A stretch of 63,998 nucleotides of DNA, counting the filler, from Rhabdomonas costata (taxonomy: Eukaryota): the NCBI GenBank assembly GCA_019059605.1. It is 32 parts of 32 records of this genome, joined end to end, with 100 filler letters (N's around TTAATTAATTAA, not from the genome) between each part and the next. Parts side by side here need not be neighbours in the genome. Positions count along the whole stretch, not along the records: positions 12,044 to 13,947 come from JAHMHO010007557.1; positions 14,048 to 15,951 come from JAHMHO010007558.1; positions 16,052 to 17,955 come from JAHMHO010007559.1; positions 18,056 to 19,959 come from JAHMHO010007560.1; positions 20,060 to 21,963 come from JAHMHO010007561.1; positions 22,064 to 23,961 come from JAHMHO010007562.1; 26 more parts are not named here. One strand, written 5' to 3'. Each line of letters starts with the position of its first letter. Within the stretch, counting starts at the first letter, position 1. Position numbers and translations under genes: made by a program. Shown one piece after another: positions 12,269-23,947 of this stretch. The notes beneath the pieces are model-generated. The model worked only from the letters and a program-made list of their open reading frames with translations, ran no database searches and was not told where the DNA came from.

Positions 12269-13837
12269 CGTAGTGGAAGTGATGGTCGTTGTAGTGCCCG
12301 TTGCCGAACTCAAACGTGGGGTCCTTCAGGGCGGGACAGGCCCCCAGGGTGCCGCGGAAGTCCTTGCACTCGCCGTGGTTCAGCTTCTCCAGCCAGCTGT
12401 ACTGACACCTTCGAACCCCCATCCGCACAGGTGAGCAGAGCAGACCGTCCGAGTCGAAAAAGTTCTAAATGCGTATAGATGATGCCACAATCCGCACACC
12501 AGAACTTCCAGCGCAGCAACACCGAGAAGGTAACCAAAACAATAATTGAGCAAAGCTCACATTCCACAAGGGCAGAACCGTTTCTGAACTTTTCCCGTGA
12601 AGGAAAAGAAGTAAAGTGCACACCCGCACGCAACAATTCCTCCCCAGCTGGAGTCGTAGATGAGGATGTTGGAGGAAAGGTGGTCCTGCACCGTGAGCAC
12701 ATACGATCCCGATAGTCATGTAAGTTAACGCCAGCACATATTCTCGTAGTCGAGTCCCTTCAAACACATCACTTTGCCACCCTGAGCTGAGTAAGGGCCT
12801 TCCCCTTTTCCAAGACCATCGAGCTCGCCCCCACGCTGCTGTCACTCAATGATGTCCGACCAATATTCCAGAGGGTCAGAAGGATCTCGCTTTTTAGTAC
12901 AGGGAGCTCAGAGTCTGGGAAAAGTTCATCTCTCTCTGACAGTAGTGACCCCCGCGCTGTGCCGAGATAACGCTTTTCAAAACTCTCTTTCCCTCCAGCT
13001 CGATTTTTGGGACTTTGGGCATGCACGGAGAATGTGGTGCGCAGACCAGCCAGACGTTAAGGCGGGTGGTCAGCCTGCCAAGCAGGGTGGCGTGAATCTC
13101 CTTCTCGCCCAGCTGGTCCGCGATCAGCACCAGCCGGGCCACCTTTGCCAGCAGCTTGCCTCCGTTGTACGTATCAATCGTGCCTCGGGCCGCGTCGAAC
13201 GGAAGGTCAAAGTTCATGTCCGAGGCATTCCCAGCGTTCTACACATCAACAACGAGTCACCGAGTCACTTATTAACTCCCCTCGCTCTCTTCACCTCCCA
13301 AAACACATATCCTTCAAGCGATGTGTACAGTTGGGCAAGAGACAGAACCCACGGCTTCCTCACCTGCACCCGTGGATCAGATGCTGAAAGATCCAAAAAG
13401 AAGTGCCTATCCAGCCCTTGGAAACTCAGCGAAGTCGCAAAGGCTCCAAAAAGGCACAGGCTGACCCTGCAAGATACCATACGTTGGCGCTGAGATGCAG
13501 CCAAAGGCTGGAAAGCCGCCAGAAAACTCAACTAGGATTGCTGCCATCCCATCAAGCATGTGCCCCTGAAACCGGTCCATCCTGGATTCCAGGGGCAGCT
13601 TATCCTCTTTGCAAAGCTCGGCTTCTTCCGTGCCCTTCCATGCGGGCTGAGAGTGAAACGAGTCGGGAGCATATGGTGACCTTCAGCGTGCGTAGCAGCT
13701 CCGGGACCTTGGCGGGGTCGGGGTTCCCGATCCAGGGCATGGCCTGGGCTGGAGCCTCCAGAACCCACACCCCACCCGGACTCTGGACTGGGATGGTGTA
13801 ACCGCGGAGGTTGCGGTGGCCCCCCACCCGAAGCGCC
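12269..13837 (-). CDS. Glycoside hydrolase family 81 endo-beta-1,3-glucanase, internal exons 13837-13681, 13238-13047, 12685-12624, 12408-12269
   Basis: The motifs DTYNGGKLLAKVARLVLIADQLG, LIYDSSWGGIV and EFGNGHYNDHHFHYG are diagnostic of GH81. All joins are GT-AG and in frame. Confidence 0.94.
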
Positions 13838-14168
13838 CTGTAGGCCGAACGAGGGAGGGAGGGAGGGATCTGCCATCCCATACACTGCTTCAACAAGAGC
13901 CTAATCTCATGCTGCAGGGCTCCTCTCCCTGCTCCGGAAAACAAGGANNNNNNNNNNNNNNNNNNNNNNNNNNNNNNNNNNNNNNNNNNNNTTAATTAAT
14001 TAANNNNNNNNNNNNNNNNNNNNNNNNNNNNNNNNNNNNNNNNNNNNGTGGTGGGTGTGGTTGGGGGTTTGTGGGAAAGCTGAACAGTGTTGAGCAGGTC
14101 AGCCTGGGGTAGGCCCCGGGCGGAAGCAGCGCGTGGGGCACCACGGGGATGGGTGTCGGGGGGCTTAC

Positions 14169-15479
14169 CGCGAAAAGCGCCAGGGCCCTCTCCGCGGCGA
14201 AGAACCGGGTGGACAGCGCACCCACCAGCGCTGCCGGACTGACCCCCCCCACAAAAAAAACCCACGCTGACCCCCTAAACGCATTATCCTGTTAAGGATG
14301 TGTTCATTTTTTTTTCAAAACTCGTCACGGGTCACTTTCCAAGGTAACTCCACCCTTGATACGACCTTGCTAGAACGGAGAGTCATCACCGCCTCCATAT
14401 CATGGTGTATTTGACACAAAAGTGGAGTACGGAGACTGTACAAAATGATAAGCATTGTTTCGCTTGCAACTTTTTGATTGCGACAGGTTATCCAGCGATG
14501 GTCAGATTCCAAACACGCCAGGCATTTCTTGTGGAGGCTGTGCTGAATTACTGTGAAAGAGCGATGCCCTTAATACATTGTTTTATATTGGGACAAAAAA
14601 CACATTCATATTTTCGAAAAATTTTCTCAAAGTATTTTTTATACAATTTTTACGGTAGGCATTTGACTCGGGGTGGGGTTACTGATTTTGCTCGCAAAAA
14701 CCCGACCCAGTTGCCCCTTATGGAAACCAGATAAAAGCACAACCTCCTGAGCGTGCTTCGCACAAACTTCCTCCAGATGCTGTCGACCTCAGCAGAGACC
14801 CGAGACAGGGCTTCCACGAGGACCCCGCAAAGCTCCTCTGGAGAGGAAGCACTGGCAGCCGAGGAGAGGTGCTCCTGGAACTGCGCCACCAACGATTCCG
14901 TCACCGCCGCGCACGTCTCGCAGGCAAACGGGAACAGCGCGGTGTCCTGCGTTGGGCGCGTGCCGAAAAGTCTGCTTTCTGTGTGATTCTTTAAGTAGGG
15001 CCTGTGAGGCATCCGAGGGAGAAAGATCATAGTGGGATTCTGGGATTCATCTGTGGGTCACTGAACACACCGAAATCCATCATCCATCACAAGTGGAGCA
15101 CAGTAACCACAGATCAGGAGCAGTCTATTCTCTGAGCGCTTGGCCAATCATAAACATGGTGAAGCCGATGCGGCCGCAAATTGCAGTTCTGTGGCATGCA
15201 ATGCGCTTCAAATGCACATCCCTCGGGATGCACCCGCGCACCCAACTGCAGCATCTCTGCTGTGACAAGCACCTGCTCCAGCTCCAGGTCAGCCATGCAG
15301 TGCTGGGCCTTCTCAAAGGCGGATTGCAGAACCAGGGAGGAGGTTGTGCCCCCGGTACAGCTGCCCTGGCGCCTCCGCCCCGTTGTAGGAGCAGAACTCG
15401 GAGACACAGGGCCCCCAATCACTGGAGCAGTCTCCGTGCGGGCGACATCGGCGATGTTGGTGAAGCGGTCCTGAGTGTT
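14169..15479 (-). CDS. Multi-exon protein, possibly FAM135-like N-terminal region
   Basis: Exons lie at about 15479-15235, about 14971-14744 and 14238-14169. EALSRVSAEVDSIWRKFVRSTLRSPAALVGALSTRFF resembles the FAM135 helical segment by recall only. Confidence 0.45.
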
Positions 15480-16079
15480 CTGGGGAGAGAGGGATGGAAG
15501 AGAGAGTGTATTTGATGGTGGAGCGGAGCGAAACAAAGCCAGTCGCTCAAAGCCAGGTTTGTCACTTGCGTCTCTCCAACATGTCGCGTCGAGCCGAAGA
15601 TACAAACCACAACGAATCACCCCACGCTTGGTGGCCACAACGAAACCCACAAAACCAAAACGTGGATCCAAGGAACAAATCGCCCGGTGCAAACCAGCAG
15701 ACCGCGGCGCAACTCAAACAGCGCATCGTTGTAGGGACCGCAGAGACAAGTTCATACCCTAATGCGCATACTCTCATACTCTCATGCAAGCACACTTACG
15801 AACACACTTCGATAGCGATTGATTCATCCATTATTCATCCATATCTCAAACTGCAGGAAAGAAAGAAAATCAGAGAGGTCTCGTTCCGCAACAAAGCAAC
15901 CAGGAGCATCAGTGGCACCCCACACCGGTGCCACAGGGAGAAAAACACACANNNNNNNNNNNNNNNNNNNNNNNNNNNNNNNNNNNNNNNNNNNNTTAAT
16001 TAATTAANNNNNNNNNNNNNNNNNNNNNNNNNNNNNNNNNNNNNNNNNNNNTTGTTGTTTTAATGATTTCCTCTTGCAG

Positions 16080-16972
16080 CTGCCGCTGTTTCCAAGCGTT
16101 CGGCAAAGTCCGCCTCCTCTGCCAAGTCCGCTGAGCGGCCGCCGCCGAAGTTTGCGCCTGTGTCTGAGGTAGACTACAGCTTCCGAGTGCGGCAGCGTCT
16201 TGACGAGCTTCTCAAAGACCAGGGCTGCCCAACGCCCAGCGGTGGCCGCATCACTTTGAAGACTGGACTCACTGGTGAGACGAAGATATCCGCTAGCTGG
16301 CTGGCTAAGGGGGGCAGCACTGGAGCTCTCTATTATGACTTTGTGCTGCACATGGGGTGGAAAGGGACCTCACGGAAGGGCCGTCCCAAGGATGCGGACT
16401 CTGGGGTGATGGAAGGCATGATCCGACTGTATAACGTGGGCCAGGTGTATCTCTGCCGCTCTTTTCAAATCGCTCATGTTGTTTGGGATGCGTGTGCTGG
16501 CTGATGAGCATGTCTGTCTTTGCTTTTTTGAAGAGTGAAGTGGTAAGGCCCATGACAATCGTTTCCAAATACCGACGGCATACGTAAATACAGCATTGCA
16601 CCCGCAAACCGCATGATCATGTTTCCGGTATAACACGTTGTCGCCTCAGGTTTGGTTTGTCAAAACTTGACTTGAGAAGACACAAATGTAACCAATCACA
16701 ATAACACAAGAATGGGCGTATTAAGCGTTGTCCAACCCCCCTGGTTTCAGGACACATCGTACAACCCGGGAGGACACCCTAGTGTGTCCTACATGTACAG
16801 CTTGGGGTTCCCGGCGAGCCCATCCAGGGCTCATGCTGAGGAGCCATGGGAGGCAGAGATCAAGGAATCTGCCAATGACCTGTTCGACATCTTTGCGGAG
16901 AAGATTGCGATTGTTGTGAAAGAAATGCACGGCTGGGCGGCGGCCGCCGCACGCTCGGCCTCTTCCCGCTAA
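16080..16972 (+). CDS. Aha1-N (Hsp90 ATPase activator N-terminal domain)-like protein, C-terminal exons 16080-16444 and 16751-16972
   Basis: EVDYSFRVRQRLDELL...ALYYDFVLHMGWKG...EGMIRL matches the Aha1_N pattern. A phase-0 GT-AG intron and a TAA stop are present. Confidence 0.65.
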
Positions 16973-17599
16973 CACACCTTGGACAGTGGGTCTGCTCCCA
17001 CTGCGGCGAAACGGAATGGTGATGTATTCGTCTGGCTCAGTGCCTTGGAATGGCCGAGAGAGAGAGAAGGAACTCCTGTGTAGGGGATTTCCCTCCCCCA
17101 CTCCAAGCAAACCGGTGAAAACCAGCTTTCACTGTGCTCTTTCGGGTTCCGTAGGATAGAGCCCAAGCGTAGCATTGGGCTAACGCCCCTATCTTTTGAG
17201 TCATTTGTAGGCTATGGATGTGCAACGTCGAAACCCTTAATAGCCAAGGAGTTTCGAACCAGACAGTTAAAGCGCACATATTTTCGAGCGAGAGGGATGC
17301 GACCACAGAGCAACGGATTGGTTAGCCACACCTGCATACAGTTCGGGGAACGGTTCAAGTTCTGTTTCAATTGTGTGCGGAATTCCGGCCTGTGAGAGCA
17401 TCAAGCTTTCCTTCCTTCTCATCCTGCTGGATTATTGCCCCTCATTTGTCTAACCTTCTGAATTTTTGTGTGCAGCTTACCTCATTTGAGTGAGCTGTTG
17501 CTCGGCATCTTCTGTCCTCCCCACCCCAACCCCAGCACACAAGCTTACCTATCTCTCGCTCGCTGTCACTGCCCCATTGTCGGTGCGATCCACTCGAGA

Positions 17600-17836
17600 A
17601 TGGTATGTGACTCCATATTTACGGTGAAGGCCCTGAAGTTCCTGTTGGGGTTGCTGAACTTTCTTGCATGCACCTTTGTTATCGCGTGCAATTGCGTCCT
17701 CCTGGACGGCATCCGCATTGGCTGGAGCTCGATGAGCTCCACGGACAAGGGCAACACCTTCTGGGCTGCCGTGAAGAACGTTTACACGATCTTCTTCTGC
17801 ATTCTCCTGATGACCACGCTGATTCCGAAAGACTGG
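17600..17836 (+). CDS. Small multi-pass membrane protein, first exon (COPI-associated/TVP15-like is possible)
   Basis: The exon runs from ATG to a GT donor at 17837 and has two hydrophobic helices (KFLLGLLNFLACTFVIAC; NVYTIFFCILLMTTLIP). Confidence 0.55.
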
Positions 17837-17843
17837 GTTTGTC

Positions 17844-17948
17844 GTGTTTTACTCTCCAGTGCTGCCATCTGCCCACTGTCTTGACCGAAGCTTGCTCGAA
17901 TTAAAGGGCCAGACAGTGGGCAGATGGCAGCACTGGAGAGTAAAACAC
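17844..17948. repeat. Terminal inverted repeat (38-bp perfect arms 17844-17881 / 17911-17948), probable fold-back chimera
   Basis: The perfect reverse complement runs to the contig end. Confidence 0.9.
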
Positions 17949-18071
17949 AACCAACNNNNNNNNNNNNNNNNNNNNNNNNNNNNNNNNNNNNNNNNNNNNT
18001 TAATTAATTAANNNNNNNNNNNNNNNNNNNNNNNNNNNNNNNNNNNNNNNNNNNNGTGGGTTGGGCCCTCT

Positions 18072-18335
18072 GGAAAGGTTCGGTTGGTGATGCGCACGGA
18101 CGGGGGCCGGCTGTGTGCGAACCACTGGCTGGCTCCGGGGCTGGAGCTGTGTCCACACGAGGGAGCGAAGCACGCCTGGCGGTGGACCGCGGTGGGGGAC
18201 AAGGCCCCGGCGCTGGATGGGGAGGGGCCGGGCGATGGAGAGGGGTCGGTGTGCATGCTGGCCCGGCTGGCAAGTGCGGAGCTGTCGGAGCAGTTCAGAA
18301 CTCACTTCACGGCGGGCTGCAAGCACCCTGACTAA
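18072..18335 (+). CDS. Ran-binding domain (RanBP1-like) protein, last exon
   Basis: KVRLVMRTDGGRLCANHWLAPGLELCPHEGAKHAWRWTA...LARLASAELSEQFRTHF matches the RanBD R-x-x-M-R...AN-H...AW-x-W pattern. Confidence 0.85.
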   Translation, partial: GKVRLVMRTDGGRLCANHWLAPGLELCPHEGAKHAWRWTAVGDKAPALDGEGPGDGEGSVCMLARLASAELSEQFRTHFTAGCKHPD

Positions 18336-19023
18336 CCCTCACCCCCACCCTACCCCCCTCCCGAAGTGTTGCGATGGTGGTTCTCACGCGGAGAGTCCGA
18401 TTGGTGTGATCTGCTTGGGATTTGGCAGTGCTCTGGGTTGACAGGTTGAGAGGGCAGAGCACACGGAGGAGAGGAAGCGACCAAGCAAGAATGACTGCTG
18501 TTGAGCGGAGAACGCGCTTATTACGATCCCTCAATCCACAAACTAACGTCTGTAATGCATATTTAGGATGTTTTGTGCGGTTTTGAACCCTTTCAAACAG
18601 CGATGAGCTACTACCTACTACCTACTACTACCGTAATTTTTGTAACCTACCTACTTTAGCAACTTAGCGCAACGTAGAGTAGATTTAGGAAACGTAGGGA
18701 GTATCAGTTAAGATCGTGATTACCAGTTTCACAAATGAGGTTGTTTTTCTTACCGTGAACCCCAGGCGACATCCTGCGATTTTTTTGAGCATCTCTCATT
18801 TCATTTTTACCGGAAATTTTGATCACTTTACGGGGAAGAAAGGGGCGTGTTAGGGAGCACTTTGCCAAGAAATTCGCTCTGTTTGCCTTTCTGTTGGAGT
18901 CAGATTTTTCCTTGTCTATCGCTGTTTAGCTCGCTGCTTGCAATTTCTGAGGTTGGAGGTTGCGTCTGTAACGGTCCTCAGAGGGTTCCTGTTGGAGGGC
19001 TGCTTTGTGGGGTTAAGCGAGGA

Positions 19024-19671
19024 ATGCCCGCACGGGGTCGGTCGATCATGCCCGCCGCCCTGGCCGTGCTTCTTCTTCTGGTCTTCATGGTGCACAGGGG
19101 GCTGCTTGCCAGCAGGGTGTGTGAACTTGTTTTCCTTCGATGCATGGCGGTCTGCCGAAACTTACTTGTACCATTTCCCTGGATATAAGCTATGGATGCA
19201 TCTGTTGAGTTCGTGAGAGCAGAACAAATAGGGCTGCAGCAGAGAGCAGCAAAAAGACAAACATTGAAAAAATAAGAAGAGAAGAATAAGAAGCAAAATA
19301 GATGGTGATATATCGGGTCCTCGCTCGGAACGCTTTCCTTGCCACTCTGGAATGGTGAAGGACACCGCGGCTGGGTGGCCCGCGGATGTGCTAACATCGC
19401 CGGTCATAATGCGCAGTTGAGAAGACTACCGTTGAAACTACATGCATACATACGGTCATATGCGATTGGGTTACGGTTGATATCGGCGGCGTAGGTGTGT
19501 ATGTTTGTGTGGGTGGGTGGGTGGTGGTAGGAGCCTGTTTTGGCCCCGCTACCCCACGGGCTGCCCGTTGGGGAGTTCCCTGGAATAGCGACGGGCAACG
19601 CTGCGGAGCTGGGCCAGGCCACTGGGGGCTGGTTTATTGGCCACTTCATTCCCGGAGAAACCGTGCGGAAG
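19024..19671 (+). CDS. Signal-peptide/anchor-bearing cupin-like protein of a mainly bacterial family; exons about 19024-19116 and 19531-19671
   Basis: A hydrophobic N-terminus (MPAALAVLLLLVFM) is spliced to ...IATGNAAELGQATGGWFIGHFIPGETVRK, followed by a GT donor at 19672. Confidence 0.65.
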
Positions 19672-22600
19672 GTTCGATGCCTCCTTAATTTCGGCATTGC
19701 CTTATGCCACAATGCTATGTGGATCACTTCATCAGGGGCTTTATAAGCCATTGGATTTGGAGCTTGAGAATTCACCTGTTAGAATGTCTTCGTCCTCGAT
19801 CTCGGTGTGCAATGCACCTAAGTGTGACATTTATAACTCTCGCTTCGGCAGCTCAACAGCGCACTCATCATGCGTCAACGACCGTGCTTTTTAATGCAAC
19901 CCCCTCCCATGACAGCACAACAATTATCGCCCCTATTTACCATTCGGGTTCAAACCCCCNNNNNNNNNNNNNNNNNNNNNNNNNNNNNNNNNNNNNNNNN
20001 NNNTTAATTAATTAANNNNNNNNNNNNNNNNNNNNNNNNNNNNNNNNNNNNNNNNNNNNGTGGTGTGTGGAAGGCGCTTCCGTCAGCACTGCCGTGGAAG
20101 GGCCCCTGGCCAGCGCCGGGGAGGCTGAGCAGGGTCGCGAGAGTTCGCACATCCCACAGGAGGGTCCATTACAAGAGCGGGACAAAGGAGTGGTAGACAA
20201 TAGGGACCGTGCAAGACTTTGTTCGTGGTAACAAATTCAAATTCAAATTGACCCAATCATAGTTAGGGTGGTTTTCGGGCTCTGGAACAGCGAACTGCTA
20301 AGCAGGCGGATGAAATCACCCGCCTCGCGTCGAACTGCTTTCAGTATTACATCTAAATACACATCAAGACATGGAAAAAAGACATGGCAGGAGGAGCAGA
20401 CCAGTAATTGTCCCCAAACCATTCCAGAGCGCATCCCGCCTGCAAAAACCATACCAGGGTTTGTCACAAGAGCCGTACAACTCCGGGAGGAGCTTCTCCG
20501 CAGAAACATTAGCCGTACTCCCAGCGCCACCAACCCACACAGGCCCACGAACGGCGCGGCCGGCCAGAGAAGTGGAGGCGGGTGGGGAGGGGCTGAGGCA
20601 GAATCTTCCCCACGGCCATCAACCGCCAGTGATGGCGCGGCAGGGGAGGATAGGGTGGGTATCTGCCGGGGAGCCAAAAACCCCGGGGTGCCTTTCAGAG
20701 GCCCGTATTCAGCAGCAGCCAAGGGCCGCAGATCTGCGCAAATGCGTGCCAGTGTATCGGAGTGTAAGGATAGGGAAGCAAGGAAGGAGGGGATGCGAGC
20801 TGGAGATGCTGGACATGAACTACACGGCACGAAATACTTCACCCAGAAGGAAGGAGGGATTCAGAGGAGAAAAAAAAGAGAAACAGGGAGAGTTTCCCGC
20901 TCCTGTGCAACCTTGTTCATCTCTTCAAAAACTGCTGAAACCCACACTCGCAAACCTGCGGCTATCCCTGAGCGAGGGGGATACCGGCCCTGCGCCACGG
21001 CCGCGGTGCGGTTGCGGCCCGCCCTTAGCACTGTGGAGACCGTATGTAGGAGCGTTCGTATATTTGCAGAAAATGAGTCTTTGCATTGCACAATTAATCA
21101 TTCCGTGAGATATCTAGTCTAATGCTGGTACCATATGCACTGAGGAACCGCTGAACTGTGTGAGTTTTCCACAAGTTGTTAATTGATGAATACGGTGTGA
21201 CAATAGTTTGTGTATGACTCAAAGGATGTTTATTCCTTGTCTTGTGTCTTTTATTTTTTCTTTGTGTTTACATTCTTGTTGCAATATCTGGTTTTATTTT
21301 GCAAACGTTGTATTTAGCTAGCTACTTGTTCCAGATTTACATACCTACTTTCAGAGCTTTGCGTATGAGTGTGTGCTGTTGTCCAATACACATACTTCCT
21401 TGTAGATAAGCGTTACTGGAAGGTCTAAGAGCGTTTTTGAGAGCCCGTCTACAAAATCTGTATGAATCTTGTGTGAAGTGCTTTTACAAGTCTTCCAAAA
21501 TTTGTAGAATGTGCTAAAAGTGACTGCAGAGCGATTGACAAGCAGATCTTCTTGGGTGGCACATAGCAGTACAATGTGGACGAATGCAGTTCAGTTGATT
21601 TCACGTCAGTACAATGAACGGAAATATATTTCAAGGATTAGTAATCTACTAGAATCTAGTAGGTATTATGTAGCAGAGAAGAGTTGATATGGCCAAGTAT
21701 ATGCATAATTCTAATGAATTGATGTTGACTTCGCAGTGATATCCACAGTAGTACCTTCCATTGATCACAGATAGATCGGTTTAGACTTCAGAGGGAGAGA
21801 ATATTGAGTTTTTTCTTATGATGAGTCTCAGTGAATAAACTTCTTTCCGTGAAATCTCCCACACCCCAGTTAAAGATACGCTGGGTGGATGCGGGACGTT
21901 GTTGTAACCTCCAAGAGAAGGTAGTACACAGTAAGGTGACATGTGTGTCTAGATCCACGCCATNNNNNNNNNNNNNNNNNNNNNNNNNNNNNNNNNNNNN
22001 NNNNNNNTTAATTAATTAANNNNNNNNNNNNNNNNNNNNNNNNNNNNNNNNNNNNNNNNNNNNGGGGTGTGGTGTGAGGCCATGTCCTGAAACAAGCGGC
22101 AGCAGTGGCGACGGCGTGGGGCAAAAAGAGTCTGCACCCCCGCTGCCTACAGCGGGGGCTCCGCACAAAGTAGAGACTCGGCCTGCGCCAGGGCAGAGGT
22201 GAGCTCCCCTTGCGGTGGGCACAGCACACAGTGTACAGCGTGGCTGCTTTGGCCGAGGACTACGACATGGGTGAACCACCCGTCGATGCTGCGGTGAGAA
22301 GCGGGGGGAATGACACTTGGGGTACATGGGGGCACCCTGTGGGAGCGCTTCGCGAGAACAAACAAAGAAGTGCAAGCACCCTCCTTCCCCCTTATCCCCC
22401 CTTCTCCGAGAAACGCTCAGGTTGGATTTCTGCTGACCATATTTAGCTTCCTATTCTCGCCCTTACGGTTACAGTAGTTGCGGATCTTCTTGTTCCCTAC
22501 TTCCCGAAAATATTTTTTACACTAAAGTGCCCTATTAAAGGAACAACCGCGGTCTGGAATCTCAGCGGAGGAAAAGGGGCACACTGCCTGATGCGATGAG

Positions 22601-22738
22601 CTGCGTGAAGACGAGCGCTTTCGCCGACTCATTGGATTGCGCAAAGAGTGCAGCTCAAATTTCTTCCTATTCCAAGCATATGAAAGGGAGAAAGAAAAAC
22701 ACCCCCAAAGGCACCCAGCAGAGAGAGGGGAAACCGAC

Positions 22739-23947
22739 CCTTCCAGGATGTGCGTGGAGTACACCACCGTGCACCCCAGGCACATGCTGTCGTGATACAG
22801 CCACTGCAGCAGCCTCTGCCGCTGAACCACGTCCAGGCTGGTGGTGACCTCATCTAACAGCAGCACCTGCGGAACCAAACACGCACAAAAACGAAACGCA
22901 CAAACCCAAACAAAGCGAGGAAATACACAGCGCGAAAGTCCTGGAACTGGGAAGCCCTGGACTGGAAAACAAAACGACATTGGAGCACATACAAATATCC
23001 ATACAAAAACCCTGTTAGGAAGCGGCGAACGTTTAGAAAGCGACTAACCGCCATACAACACCCTCCGAAAACTGGACAATGGCAGGACCAGGGATTGCTG
23101 ATGCTGGCCTTGATCCGATTGATTCTGATGGTGTATGGCAGTCCCCGTAAGTTCCGTATTAACATACCTTGCACTCTGCCGACCATGATGCAGCAGCAAC
23201 AGCGAGGTCACAGGTCCACGATAAGAGTTCTGAGTATTACCAGACGAGGATTGACATTGCAAATGCCCGCAAAAACCCCCCCGGGGCAAGGCGGAAGGAG
23301 TGGGAGAGAAAAAGAAGACAGACTCCACACCTCCCGGTAGCGCATCAGGTTCAGGAAGAGCTGCACGCGGGTGCGCTGGCCCTCGCTGACGCGGTTCAGC
23401 CGCCACCCCGGATCCACCTCCAGAACCTCAACCCCATACCCACTCCACCAATATACTCACCCACACACCCGCACCAAGCCAGCAGTTGCGGAGGGGGACA
23501 GGACGGCAGCTCTCTCTTTCTCCCTTTGGATGAGGAACGAGGAAATTAGTGTTGGGCGGGAGGTCGGGTCCCGGAGCCGGATTCTTGATGAGCTCACTGA
23601 ATGTCAACTTGGGACCTTGGGTTCAGGATTCAGTCGCACCCATCCTAACCAAATCCGGCAGTATGAGTTGCAGTGAGTGTTTGATCTTCGCTTTCGGCAC
23701 TTAGAGGCAGAGGCAGGACGGGCACAACTAGCGCTCAGCAACTAGGAGGAAGGAAATCCTTTGGGCCCCATGCTGTGGGAGGAAGGGAAGGGGAACCTGA
23801 AGCAGCTGCAGGGCACGGGGAGGTAGCAGCTCGCGGTAGTCTGGAGCACCCGAAAGGGCAGCGGGCTGTTGCGTGGGCGGGGGCAGCTGCAGCAGCTCCA
23901 GCACACTGAGGTCCCAGCGGCCCTCCAGGCCCTCCCACCAGTCCCCA
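22739..23947 (-). CDS. Soluble ABC ATPase, CAF16/ABCI19-21-like; internal exons 23947-23797, 23426-23331, 22866-22739
   Basis: The translation contains VDPGWRLNRVSEGQRTRVQL (signature), VLLLDEVTTSLDVVQRQRLL (Walker B) and VVYSTHILEG (H-loop). Confidence 0.92.

Noticed and set aside
729..13680. Euglenid non-conventional (stem-forming, non-GT-AG) introns in the well-anchored genes
   Set aside because: All complete introns I could anchor by homology are GT-AG, and I saw no clear pairing of their termini.
20268..21122. 284-aa and 245-aa plus-strand ORFs
   Set aside because: They show no recognisable domain and are probably shadows of GC-rich minus-strand exons. The minus-strand TM-containing exon (about 20731-20455) is itself too uncertain to name.
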